This document shows, in pieces, positions 47,084-56,447 of a stretch of DNA of 64,000 bases. A program made the translations under genes and the position numbers. The DNA lies in the IMG/VR virus record IMGVR_UViG_3300028840_004184, positions 64,001-128,000 of that record, one strand, 5' to 3'. Positions within the stretch are counted from its first letter, which is position 1. The number at the start of each line of letters is the position of its first letter. Source of the DNA: a virus. The notes beneath the pieces were generated by a model that did not search any database, had not been told where the DNA came from, and saw only the letters and a program-made list of their open reading frames with translations.

Positions 47084-47248
47084 AGAGAAGAGTAGTAGTG
47101 AGTAGCTTAACTGGGGGACGCGTACCTGACTTACTATAACAAAAGTTAAGCCTTCTCTTTAACTGGGTGATGACGAAAGTCAATATTTCCGGACTCATGA
47201 TAGTTTGCCGGAAAAGCCCCTCATGGAAATTGCATGGGGGGGACACCC
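47084..47248 (+). ncRNA. Candidate pseudoknot + four-way-junction RNA
   Basis: Begins 6 nt after promoter 47050-47077; two interlocked 8-bp helices; GGGTG/CACCC junction. Confidence 0.55.
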
Positions 47249-47277
47249 TATTTATTTTTAGGTTAAGGAGTTAGGGA

Positions 47278-47475
47278 TTGACTAATTTTAAGCTTAAACT
47301 TAAACGCGTATTCGCGGGAAGGTATATAACTCATAGTCGCGATTTTATCATTAACAAAGATAAAGACGGGTTGTGGAAAGTCATACCTACGAAAAGCCCG
47401 TTGATGCATATCCTAGAGGCCGAGACCTTAGGTTTAGTCCGGGCTTATTATGAACAGCATGGAACATTTTACTAG
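47278..47475 (+). CDS. Hypothetical protein
   Basis: AAGGAG SD, TTG start. Confidence 0.55.
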   Translation: MTNFKLKLKRVFAGRYITHSRDFIINKDKDGLWKVIPTKSPLMHILEAETLGLVRAYYEQHGTFY

Positions 47476-47484
47476 GAGGTTTTA

Positions 47485-47928
47485 ATGGGCTGGAGTTTTT
47501 GTTTTGCACACACAAAAAGAAAGATGCTTATTGAAGACTTGTGTCGTAACTGGTCTTATACGGGTTATAGAGGGACCCTCTTAACGATTAGAGTAATAGC
47601 CCATTGTTATCGCGGAAATCCCGGTAACGGGATATTATGGAGCGTACAGGAGCGATATAATGAGAAGACGGGGGAAATCGAAGATAGGATGATCCGTTGT
47701 GATAAGATGCATTATAGTCGTTTCGATGGATGTTGGGGCTATAAGCCTATGTGTGAAAGGGAAGGTCCCTATTATTATTCGTGTCCTCAAAGGTATTTAG
47801 ATATGACTCCTAAGGAAATTAATCCAGGATTTAATCCATCATGGAGAAATACGGTTGAAGGACTCCATAACATGAAGAAAACAACCAGAAGTTTAAAAAA
47901 ACTAAATAAAAGGATTGCGGTGTCATAA
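47485..47928 (+). CDS. Conserved MGE protein (MGW...WGYKPM.E..GP.YY.CP..YLD)
   Basis: Motif seen in plasmid/phage early proteins; AGGAGG SD. Confidence 0.75.
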   Translation: MGWSFCFAHTKRKMLIEDLCRNWSYTGYRGTLLTIRVIAHCYRGNPGNGILWSVQERYNEKTGEIEDRMIRCDKMHYSRFDGCWGYKPMCEREGPYYYSCPQRYLDMTPKEINPGFNPSWRNTVEGLHNMKKTTRSLKKLNKRIAVS

Positions 47929-47949
47929 CTCCATTGTTTTCCTCCAATT

Positions 47950-47977
47950 AGGGCCGGAATTTTTCCGGCCCTTTTTT
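47950..47977 (+). terminator. Intrinsic terminator
   Basis: AGGGCCGGAA/TTCCGGCCCT + T tract. Confidence 0.85.
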
Positions 47978-48057
47978 ATTAAAATGTTTGACAATGGGCA
48001 AAGCCCATGATATACTCTTAATAGTTAAGAAAAACTAAGCTTTAAGGAGCTAAAATC

Positions 48058-48327
48058 ATGGCAAGGACCATCACACTAAAGTATAGTGGTCGCTGTAAAG
48101 ATTGCGGTGCTTTTCTTCCAGCCGGTTCACGGGCTAAGTATTATGGACGTGGACGTATCTATGGGATCGGTTGCCATAGTAAGAAAAACAAAACTGCTTA
48201 TGAACAAGGTGATAGATCCCCCGGAGCGATAGCAAGTCATTTTGATCGTACAGGAGTATATAGCTATGATGGGCGGAAAATAGGCTCTACTTGTGGGTGT
48301 GAGGATTATCCTTGTTGCGGTCATTAA
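48058..48327 (+). CDS. Small Zn-binding phage protein
   Basis: KYSGRCKDCG... ends CEDYPCCGH; promoter at 47988. Confidence 0.75.
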   Translation: MARTITLKYSGRCKDCGAFLPAGSRAKYYGRGRIYGIGCHSKKNKTAYEQGDRSPGAIASHFDRTGVYSYDGRKIGSTCGCEDYPCCGH

Positions 48328-48344
48328 CTCTTAAGGAGCATATA

Positions 48345-48542
48345 ATGATTTTCAAAAATATCATCCATGCAAATTTAGGCATTATACTTGCAAGGGAATC
48401 TAAGAAGGCGAGAGGGGAAAGGCATTACTGCCCAGATTGCGGGAAGGAACTAATCATTGATGATGGGGTAGCTTATTGTCTTATGGAGGAGGGTGGTTGT
48501 GGATATTCGTTTGACCCTAATTATAAAAGGAATATAGGATAA
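48345..48542 (+). CDS. Small Zn-ribbon protein
   Basis: AAGGAG SD, CPDCG. Confidence 0.6.
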   Translation: MIFKNIIHANLGIILARESKKARGERHYCPDCGKELIIDDGVAYCLMEEGGCGYSFDPNYKRNIG

Positions 48543-48704
48543 TGACTCTTAAGAAAACGCTTGAAGAGAAAAGGGAAGCTTTAGCAAAACGGGATATGGA
48601 AATATTAGATGGTGAATCTTTGTTCCATATTTTCTTGCATGGATGTACCGGATATAATAATATGTCTGATGAAGAGGTAGAAGAATTGTATCTGATGTTT
48701 TTCA

Positions 48705-48885
48705 GCGAGTAAGTGAAAACCGTATATAGGTTAAGAGTAAGTGATTTCTGTATATAGAGGGATCGGCAAGTAAGTATCTCTTGTATATAGAGACGTAGGA
48801 AAACGCCCCCATGCCATATCGGCAGACCGGTACCGTCATTCTGGCAGTGTGCAGAATTGGCACATGTCACCCTATGGTAACATAG
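48705..48885 (+). repeat. Repeat cluster 3 (3 AGTAAG-TATAG copies + palindromes)
   Basis: Copies at 48705, 48734, 48766. Confidence 0.7.
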
Positions 48886-49196
48886 GGGATTCCGATCAAG
48901 TGTATCATATTTAATGAGACAATCAAGGAAAAAATAAAATTTTTTCGGCGGGGTGATTTGGTGTGAACAAAATTCTACACCGTCCTGCTATCTTCCCGGC
49001 TCTTTATTCCGGAGTTTCAAGTTTATTTATACTGGTAACTTTTCTTATCCAGTCTTTTGTTTTGTTATCTCTATTATACTATATATCGACATACAATCAA
49101 GTAAAATTAAGATTAAATTTTCATTTGACTACATATTTTTATCGACTATAATAATGGAAACGAAACAACAGGATAGAATCATAAGGAGTTAATAGT

Positions 49197-50120
49197 ATGA
49201 AAAAAACAAAGCTAAGCTTAACCGAAAAGAAGATAGCAGAAATGCTAACTGAAAATACAGGGACTCATTTTTTAGATTCCGGCGGGGCATATGGTCGAAA
49301 CTGGGAAAGAAACCAGGGAAGGAATTTCAAAGCTGAAAATGAAACATCTTTTCGGGCTAGCAACGGCTATCTTGAAATAACGCATAATCTTTTTCACTGG
49401 TTATCGGAACGGTTGGAATATTCTCCGGAATGGCAAAGAAGATTTTCTAGGTTTGCTAATAGAGAAGAGGAACAAAATAATTCTTGGTTTGAAACGGTTG
49501 ATAATTTCCTAGGATACTTAAGAGAAAAGGGGCATGAACTAGGCGGGATATATGGGGAAGGTGAGCCCCTAACCGTTAATACTTATAACGGGGAAGATTT
49601 GCTTTCACAAACAATTCAATATACTTATTTTACTTATAATGATTCGGAAGTAGTTATTGCTCTTTTCATTCATGGCGGTTGTGATGTTAGGGGGGGATAT
49701 ACAGCACCTAAATTTTTCACTGAAAATGGCAATTATTCCGAACTAGCTATATTAAATAATGCCGATGCTAGAATATACTGTCAAAACAAAAACGATCGTC
49801 ATTCATGGTATACTGATGATGGTTGTCATTTTTACGGGGATAATCAGGAACCGGATATAAACGGCTTTAGAAATAGCATGGAATTCATTGATTTTACTGA
49901 TGATGAAAATGATTATCCTTTTTCTATTGACAAGAATGAAAAGGGGGATATAATTAATGTATTCCATGAGGGGAAAATTATTGATTCACCTTTGAAATCA
50001 TTCAAGGGTATTCCTTTTAATGAGGTACCGATAGAAGAAAAACTAATTTTGCCTTTCGACGGGGAAACGGGAAAGGCTTTTTGTCCTATATGCGGGGAAG
50101 AATTGCTAGCCCATAGTTAA
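49197..50120 (+). CDS. Conserved phage early protein
   Basis: 'MLTENTGTHFLDSGGAYGRNWERNQ', 'NTYNGE..LSQ', 'IHGGCDVRGGYT.P'; promoter at 49125. Confidence 0.8.
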   Translation: MKKTKLSLTEKKIAEMLTENTGTHFLDSGGAYGRNWERNQGRNFKAENETSFRASNGYLEITHNLFHWLSERLEYSPEWQRRFSRFANREEEQNNSWFETVDNFLGYLREKGHELGGIYGEGEPLTVNTYNGEDLLSQTIQYTYFTYNDSEVVIALFIHGGCDVRGGYTAPKFFTENGNYSELAILNNADARIYCQNKNDRHSWYTDDGCHFYGDNQEPDINGFRNSMEFIDFTDDENDYPFSIDKNEKGDIINVFHEGKIIDSPLKSFKGIPFNEVPIEEKLILPFDGETGKAFCPICGEELLAHS

Positions 50121-50172
50121 GTCTCAATTGCCGACGGGCTTAATAGGGGGGATTTTAAAAGGAAACGATAAA

Positions 50173-50643
50173 ATGAGCAATGAAGTTTTAGAAACAAGGG
50201 TAAAAGGGGTAAATAATGCTCATAAATACGGAAATGAACTATATCGTATTTTAGTAAAGGTTTTTAAGCCTTTCATAGGTCAAAAGGTTATCAAGAAAAC
50301 AGGGGGATTAATTCAGAAGGTACAAAGGGCTATTGATTCTCTTAATTTACCTTGTAGTGTACCTATACAAGTTTATAGAAATTCATTTAGTGATTATTCC
50401 CTTTCATATGTTGTTAAAACTTGTGAAACATTAAATCAAAGGGCCTATTATTATGAAGTAAGTATCTATATCGGGAACATAGAAAACGGAATCTTAAAAG
50501 ATATTGATTATCCTTTTCCTAATTTTAAAACAGATTATAAAGCGGAAACAATTAGAGAAAACAGGAAAATATATAAGGAACTGCAAGAAAAAGCGGATAA
50601 AGCAAAAAGCAATTTATTTCCTTTTGATACGTATGATAGATAG
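50173..50643 (+). CDS. Hypothetical protein
   Basis: AAGGA SD. Confidence 0.7.
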   Translation: MSNEVLETRVKGVNNAHKYGNELYRILVKVFKPFIGQKVIKKTGGLIQKVQRAIDSLNLPCSVPIQVYRNSFSDYSLSYVVKTCETLNQRAYYYEVSIYIGNIENGILKDIDYPFPNFKTDYKAETIRENRKIYKELQEKADKAKSNLFPFDTYDR

Positions 50644-50701
50644 CATGTCTAAATCTTAGTTTTTGATTTGACTTTTCTTTTCGCGGGGATATACTTAGAT
50701 A

Positions 50702-50911
50702 ATGCCGACATATGATTATCAATGTAAAAACTGTGGAAACACATTAGAGAAATTTCAAGGCATAACCGATAAGCCCCTTAAGAGGTGTCCTAGGTGCCGG
50801 AAAATGGCTCTTAAGCGAAAAATAGGACCGGGAAGTGGTTTTATATTCAGGGGGGAGCCGTTTTCAGCCAGTACTGAATATCTAGCAAAAAACAAGGATA
50901 AAAACAAATGA
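50702..50911 (+). CDS. FmdB-family zinc-ribbon regulatory protein (probably leaderless)
   Basis: MPTYDYQCKNCG..E.FQ.ITD.PL..CP.C....L.R.IG.G.G.IF.G; ATG 6 nt after -10 of the promoter at 50668. Confidence 0.85.
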   Translation: MPTYDYQCKNCGNTLEKFQGITDKPLKRCPRCRKMALKRKIGPGSGFIFRGEPFSASTEYLAKNKDKNK

Positions 50912-51132
50912 GCAAAGAAAAGGAAACGTATCCTCTAGCTGATTATCATTCAATGGCAAATCGGGCCATTAGAACCGGCGATTTTAGAAAGCCTAAAAAA
51001 GGGGAGTGGTTTCTTAGTGGGGCGATACCAGAGGCATATAAAGCCCCTAATGATTTGTCTGTTGCATATTATATCATGAGACCCGTCAAGGCTAAAACTA
51101 AAACCGTATGGATTATTAAAGAATATTATTAA
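50908..51132 (+). CDS. Small phage protein
   Basis: 'TGDFR.PKKGEWFLSGAIPEAY.APNDL'. Confidence 0.7.
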   Translation: MSKEKETYPLADYHSMANRAIRTGDFRKPKKGEWFLSGAIPEAYKAPNDLSVAYYIMRPVKAKTKTVWIIKEYY

Positions 51133-51222
51133 TCTGTTGACAAAAAGAAAATCGGGGATATAATTAAATCAACAGGAACAAACCGCCGTTTACTTTTTCA
51201 GTTAAAGAGCAGGGGGTAACAA

Positions 51223-51465
51223 ATGACAAATACAAAGACTCTTAAGGCAGTGATTCAAAAAGAATTCCCGGAATTGACTGATCAATATTTTGATGCTCAT
51301 GAATCAGATCTTTATGTTCAATGGGTGCCGGGATTAAGGCATTTTTTGCGGCATAACTTAGGCTTGCCAAGTATTCAAACATTTATGGATGATATAGACG
51401 GCTTAGCATGGCTTGACATTGCTTTTATGAATGATAATTTCTGGGATAGATTTAACTATCTGTAA
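51223..51465 (+). CDS. Small MGE protein
   Basis: 'D.HESDLYV...F.D.IDG..W.DI.F'; promoter at 51137. Confidence 0.7.
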   Translation: MTNTKTLKAVIQKEFPELTDQYFDAHESDLYVQWVPGLRHFLRHNLGLPSIQTFMDDIDGLAWLDIAFMNDNFWDRFNYL

Positions 51466-51540
51466 AATAAACCCCTTCTTTTCCTGTTGCTATAGGCGGG
51501 GGGATTTATCCCCCTGCCTAGGCTCTTAAGAGGAAACAAT

Positions 51541-51744
51541 ATGGATAAATATAATATTCAATGGAAAAATCGAATAATCAATAATCAACCTGGTATATCA
51601 TTAAAAGAAACTGGGTATTATTTTATTGATCATTATGGGTGTTGGCATAAAGTTAAGGTTATTGCTATAACCGATAGCAAAACAGCAAAAAATAAAATAG
51701 ATGATGAATTTTATATGATAGGGGAATATCCGGAAAATTATTAA
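51541..51744 (+). CDS. Hypothetical protein
   Basis: GAGG SD. Confidence 0.6.
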   Translation: MDKYNIQWKNRIINNQPGISLKETGYYFIDHYGCWHKVKVIAITDSKTAKNKIDDEFYMIGEYPENY

Positions 51745-51822
51745 TTTTTCGTTGACAATATAAAACAACAGGGTATAATTGAGTATCGTAACAAAAGGAA
51801 GTTTTTTTAGGGGTCAAAAATT

Positions 51823-52038
51823 ATGAGTACAATCGGAAAAGTCATCATGGGTGCCGGTCGGGAAAAATCGTATACTTCCCCCACCTCCCCCCTCGTTTAT
51901 CTCCGTCACGAGGTTGATTTGAACGGGGATTTTATGGAAGAATGGAAAAAGCTCGACGATACCACCAAAGAATGGTATCGAGCCGCCGCTCTGGCGGAAA
52001 TGGAAGCAAATAATATTCCTGTCCAGGGTAAAAAGTAA
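51823..52038 (+). CDS. Hypothetical protein, own transcription unit
   Basis: Promoter at 51752, terminator at 52082. Confidence 0.7.
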   Translation: MSTIGKVIMGAGREKSYTSPTSPLVYLRHEVDLNGDFMEEWKKLDDTTKEWYRAAALAEMEANNIPVQGKK

Positions 52039-52081
52039 AATTGTTGTAGTGGATTGTAAGCCCCACTAATTTCATGGATAA

Positions 52082-52116
52082 GCCCCGTTGTGGATCGGCC
52101 ACGGCGGGGTTTTTTT
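52082..52116 (+). terminator. Intrinsic terminator
   Basis: GCCCCGTTGTGG/CCACGGCGGGGT + T tract. Confidence 0.8.
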
Positions 52117-52146
52117 ATTGCTATCTGGGGACCGGGGTAAAGCCCT

Positions 52147-52336
52147 GCGAGTAAGCGGTTTTAAGTTATATCGCGAGTAAGTAGTTTCCCTCTATAGGTG
52201 GCAAGTAAGCGGTTGTCCTATATAGGCACCCTGCCGGGGGGGTGTTACCGAGTGGTAACGTTACCGAATGGTGACGCTCAATGTTACCAAAATGTGACTT
52301 GTAGTCAAATGGCGACATGTTACCGAAAAGTAACAT
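52147..52336 (+). repeat. Repeat cluster 4 (3 AGTAAG-TATAG copies + GTTACC..GGTAAC palindromes)
   Basis: Copies at 52147, 52173, 52201; four GTTACC-led imperfect palindromes. Confidence 0.7.
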
Positions 52337-52494
52337 AGGCAGATTTTAGGTATATGTTAGCATTATACAATACAAAAGAAAAATCGTCAATATGAATTTT
52401 TTTTTATTAAGTTATTGACTATATTATTCCGACAATATATAATAGTATTATGTTTTTTTGTTATTTGACAAATCATCTTTTAAGGAAAAGCATT

Positions 52495-52680
52495 ATGGCG
52501 AAAAAAGGAAAGGCTAGCAACAAAACGGAAATGCTTTGCAATGAATGTAACCATACTTTCAAACGTGTTATAGGTAAAAATACGTTTGAGGTTAGATGCC
52601 CTAAATGTAAAGGGTATGATACGGAACCAAGCGGTTACATATTGGTTGTGAATCCTTTACGTACCAACACAAGAGGATAA
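52495..52680 (+). CDS. Small Zn-ribbon protein
   Basis: CNECNH.F...CPKC; promoter at 52415. Confidence 0.7.
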   Translation: MAKKGKASNKTEMLCNECNHTFKRVIGKNTFEVRCPKCKGYDTEPSGYILVVNPLRTNTRG

Positions 52681-53074
52681 CATGGAAAAGACTAAACTCA
52701 TTTTGTTACAAGAGGATATATCCTCTAGGTTAAGGCTCTTAAAAAGGTTTAACGGAAATCCTGATAGAATCAAAGAGTTATCCGAAAAAAACAAAGCCTT
52801 ATCGGATCAAATCAAACGTAAAGCCTAGCAACACAAAAATTTAGCCCCTAAAAAAATTTTTAGGGGCTAAATTATTTTATCCTTCATTTTACCCGTTTAT
52901 CGGTCGATAATATATATTAGTCAAGGAAAATTAACAAAAGGGGTTAAAAATGAAACACTTAATCGATAAAGCAAAACTTTACAGTACTATCCCGGTTATC
53001 GCAATAGTTATTTATATTTTTGCGAGAATAGCAATAACCCTTAGTACTGTAACCCGATAAAGGGGTTATCATAA

Positions 53075-53281
53075 ATGATGATTATCGAAGCTAAAATGCT
53101 AGTCTTGTCTAGCATTTTAGACGAAAACGTTTATCAGACTAGTGTTATATCATCATTAATTAATGATGAAACGCATATTAAACTTTTAGATATTTTTGAA
53201 AAACTACAAGATACATATGGATTAGAAAAATCCATTAACTTTTTCCGTAAATATAGGGGAGAAAAGCCTTTAGATTTTTAA
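53075..53281 (+). CDS. Hypothetical protein
   Basis: AGGGG SD; N-terminus IEAKML similar to 54609..54878. Confidence 0.55.
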   Translation: MMIIEAKMLVLSSILDENVYQTSVISSLINDETHIKLLDIFEKLQDTYGLEKSINFFRKYRGEKPLDF

Positions 53282-53290
53282 GGGGTTAAA

Positions 53291-53497
53291 ATGGCGAAAA
53301 TTCCGGATATGTCAAAATGGCCTAGTTTTCACGTTCCTATGAATCATCATAAAACTAGTGGAATAAAACCTTTAACCCCTAGACAAGAAAAACTTTTGCA
53401 ACTAGTTAGAATGTACCGAAAAGCAAAATCTAAAAACGTTAAATCAAGAATATTAGACAAGATACATCAGATTGAATTAAACCCCTTAAGAGATTAA
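53291..53497 (+). CDS. Hypothetical protein
   Basis: AGGGG SD. Confidence 0.55.
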   Translation: MAKIPDMSKWPSFHVPMNHHKTSGIKPLTPRQEKLLQLVRMYRKAKSKNVKSRILDKIHQIELNPLRD

Positions 53498-53713
53498 GGG
53501 GCTTTTGTCATTATTGATTGAACATTGACAAATGATTTTCCTAATAAGGGGCTTTGTATGCTCAAAAATGACCGAAAAAGACGATTCAGGCGAAAAGCCT
53601 TCAATACCCTTATCAAGCTTAAGAATAGGCTTAAAGGGGTTATCAGGGGCTTTTGTGAAGGTTTATTTGATCAAGATGAAAGGGGTTATTTCATCAAATA
53701 AGGGGTTTCAAAA

Positions 53714-53923
53714 ATGGGAATAGTTATGAAAACATTTTGTACATCTAACAAAAAATCATTTCTTGGAAGAATAGAAAGATTATCCCTTGAACTAGAAAAC
53801 CATTTCAAGAGGATAACCGTTATTCCAGATAAAAAGACTAGGATCAAGAAAAGGGATGAAATCAATTTTTTGACGGATTTTCTATATCGGGATATGAAAT
53901 ATAATCCTCTTGAAAATCACTAG
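53714..53923 (+). CDS. Hypothetical protein
   Basis: AGGGG SD, followed by a terminator. Confidence 0.5.
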   Translation: MGIVMKTFCTSNKKSFLGRIERLSLELENHFKRITVIPDKKTRIKKRDEINFLTDFLYRDMKYNPLENH

Positions 53924-53946
53924 CGAAAACTGTACCAAACAAATAG

Positions 53947-53972
53947 AAAACCCGGATTTATCCGGGTTTTTT
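53947..53972. terminator. Bidirectional intrinsic terminator
   Basis: AAAACCCGGA-TTTA-TCCGGGTTTT. Confidence 0.75.
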
Positions 53973-53993
53973 ATTTTTTATATTGTTAATTAT

Positions 53994-54010
53994 TGGTATA
54001 CCTTTTGCTA
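53994..54010 (+). promoter_or_regulatory. Sigma54-like -24/-12 site
   Basis: TGGTATACCTTTTGCTA (GG-N10-GC). Confidence 0.45.
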
Positions 54011-54260
54011 TGCCCTAATCTATACCCTAAAATCTGGGATTCGTTTTGATACATGATTTTGATACGTTATTAGAGCCCCATATTTAGCCCCTATCGCATA
54101 TTAACACCTAGGACGTATCTTAACCCTATTTTCTGGAGAATTCAATTTATACCTAATAAACCCCTAACAAAAAAAGAAAATAAATTTATTTTGTTTTTGA
54201 TTTTTTATTTAGGTTAGGTATACTTAATAGACGATATAAAGGAATGAAGGGAAAAAGAAA

Positions 54261-54500
54261 ATGAATAGATTATCAGATGAAATTATTTTACGTGATAATG
54301 ATCATTTTGAAGGGGAAATAATAAGGTATCCGATTGATTTCATGTTTGAAAACTTTGGACCTTATGAAACCCTTGACGGAAAAACGGTACCGATACAACA
54401 ATATCGTTTTTATATGAATGTAGGTTGTACCGGTAACAAATGGCAAGCTTGCTATATTTGGGATATTAACTCTAGGCAATGGACATTAGGGGCTAATTAG
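54261..54500 (+). CDS. Hypothetical protein
   Basis: Promoter at 54197. Confidence 0.6.
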   Translation: MNRLSDEIILRDNDHFEGEIIRYPIDFMFENFGPYETLDGKTVPIQQYRFYMNVGCTGNKWQACYIWDINSRQWTLGAN

Positions 54501-54608
54501 ACAATCGATAGGAATAGGGGAGAATAGGGTTATAAAAGGAACTAGAAAGCCTTTGAATCCTGATAATTTCTAAGATCCTATTCCTAGTTTTTTATAAAAG
54601 GGGTTTTT

Positions 54609-54878
54609 GTGTTACGTCCTATCGAAGCAAAATTATTGATTCTCTATTGTATTATGTCTTTCGATGTTTTGCCTAATTTTACATCAAATCATTTTACTTT
54701 AGTCAATAATAGATTTGCCTTATTGGAATCGGAATATAATAAACCGGTTGATGATTATCACACCGATAGATTAATCGATAAATATGCTGCCTATTATGAA
54801 TATCCCGATTTGTTTGAAATAGGGGTAGAATACGATAGATTCGGGAATAGATGGTATACAGGAAAAGAGGATAAATAA
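54609..54878 (+). CDS. Hypothetical protein
   Basis: AGGGG SD, GTG start. Confidence 0.55.
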   Translation: MLRPIEAKLLILYCIMSFDVLPNFTSNHFTLVNNRFALLESEYNKPVDDYHTDRLIDKYAAYYEYPDLFEIGVEYDRFGNRWYTGKEDK

Positions 54879-55060
54879 TGGTATACTTTAGAGAATTGAA
54901 AGGCGAAAAGCCTATTGAATATGATAATCAAAGATGGTTATATGTTCATGATATTAAAGAAGGAAAAAACACATATTTGCATCTAAACTGCGATTGTCAA
55001 GTTGATGAAGAGGGATATTGTCTTTTATGCGGTTGTCCTAGTCCAATAGTGATTAAATAA
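54878..55060 (+). CDS. Small Cys-containing protein
   Basis: GAGG SD; last + strand gene. Confidence 0.55.
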   Translation: MVYFRELKGEKPIEYDNQRWLYVHDIKEGKNTYLHLNCDCQVDEEGYCLLCGCPSPIVIK

Positions 55061-55090
55061 AAAATACTCCTTTTCCCATTTCCTGATTTT

Positions 55091-55121
55091 AGCCCCTGGA
55101 TTAAATCCAGGGGCTTTTTTT
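55091..55121 (+). terminator. Intrinsic terminator
   Basis: AGCCCCTGGAT/ATCCAGGGGCT + T tract. Confidence 0.85.
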
Positions 55122-55194
55122 ATTGTCTAGTCATATCCTAATAATACCCTAGCAAAAAGCATACCAAACCACTAATAAAATTAAATTTATTTTT

Positions 55195-55460
55195 TGTCTT
55201 GACGTATTCCAATGCGTCAAGATGTTACCATATGGTAACGGTCATTTTGACATGTCAACCTGCCAGCTTGGCAGGGTACCCGGTTTTTTAATTTCCTGCC
55301 ATTTTGACACTGCCATTTTGGCAGCCGGGGGGGCCATCTATCAACGCCCCGCCTCGGCGTGAGCCGAGTTGCTCACCCAAGTTGTCAAAAATCGATGACC
55401 CCCCGGTTCAAAAAAGTTGCTCACCTAAGGGGGACACCCCCTTAAAACCCCCGGCTTCTT
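55195..55460. repeat. Palindrome/direct-repeat-rich non-coding block at the strand convergence
   Basis: TGCCA-N3-TG(A/G)CA palindromes, GTTACCATATGGTAAC, AGTTGCTCACCYAAG x2, G/C runs. Confidence 0.65.
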
Positions 55461-55470
55461 AACTACACAT

Positions 55471-55710
55471 TCATGTATTTTGTGCAGACTCACAATAGCA
55501 TGGTCTGTGTGCTATATCTGCAATATCACCACACCTCATATGTAATGCTTTAATTTCTTCGTATATCGAATCCAGTATAGCAAGTATATCACCAGCAGGG
55601 ACGTTCTCACTTTTATGGTTGTTTAACCATACTGCCCAGCAGTGTACACAGTTTGTTTTTCGTAACGGCTTCCTGACACCTTTATATTTGGTGTGTTTAG
55701 GGCATTCCAT
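55471..55710 (-). CDS. Small Cys/His protein
   Basis: CPKH.KYKG..KP...C..CW. Confidence 0.65.
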   Translation of the reverse strand: MECPKHTKYKGVRKPLRKTNCVHCWAVWLNNHKSENVPAGDILAILDSIYEEIKALHMRCGDIADIAHRPCYCESAQNT

Positions 55711-55726
55711 TATTATTTCCTTTCAG

Positions 55727-56044
55727 TTAACCTATCCCAAATGATATAATTTGTTTCAAAACCCCCGGCTTGGGTGTGGTTTTGTAACAATGGGAAGCTT
55801 TATCCCACTTATACCACGTTTCATATTCTGGAAGCGGGGGGAGGGCGTATGTCCCTTCGGGGACTTTTTCAACAACAGCGAAGCTATAATATCCACCATC
55901 ATTGATATCAAGATCATTTCGTATAACCATTTTTTCGGCTATACTCTTTTCAGAATACCAGCCAACCAACCTGCTGCGTTTGATGGGATAACTACCATCA
56001 CTCAATTCGATCATGGTGATCGTGTAGATATATTTAGTGGTCAT
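55727..56044 (-). CDS. Conserved phage hypothetical protein
   Basis: 'R.VGWY....A...V..N..DI....Y..AVVE...EG.Y......WYKW'. Confidence 0.7.
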   Translation of the reverse strand: MTTKYIYTITMIELSDGSYPIKRSRLVGWYSEKSIAEKMVIRNDLDINDGGYYSFAVVEKVPEGTYALPPLPEYETWYKWDKASHCYKTTPKPGVLKQIISFGIG

Positions 56045-56115
56045 ATTTAAGACTTTCTCTTCTCTGATGGCATCGCTGTGCGTTCGTGACCCAATTGCCC
56101 ACTTCCTTTCTTTTG

Positions 56116-56313
56116 TTAAGGAGTAATATCGGTATCACCGGTATATTCCTTATACGCATCATCAATTTGTTGCTTAGTAATACCCTTATCACATGATTCA
56201 CATCTGATAAAAACAAGCTGTTGTTTTTCAAAAGCCTGGATATTAATTATCGGTATAGGTTGATTACAATGTGGACAATATAAAGTTGATAAATTAGAAT
56301 CGTCACGGACCAT
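56116..56313 (-). CDS. Small Zn-ribbon protein
   Basis: CPHC...CESC. Confidence 0.55.
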   Translation of the reverse strand: MVRDDSNLSTLYCPHCNQPIPIINIQAFEKQQLVFIRCESCDKGITKQQIDDAYKEYTGDTDITP

Positions 56314-56447
56314 TATAAATGAAGCCTTTCTGTTTCACCGCTCATAAAACCATCTCTTCTAAAAGCACCCTTCTACTGGTTGCATAAAAAAGAAACTATT
56401 AAACCAATCTACAACATCCAAGGCCCTTATAAGCCTATCTTCGAAAA

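Noticed and set aside
47084-47158. HDV-like/theta ribozyme
   Set aside because: Topology is similar but the pyrimidine-rich L3 and P1.1 pairing are missing
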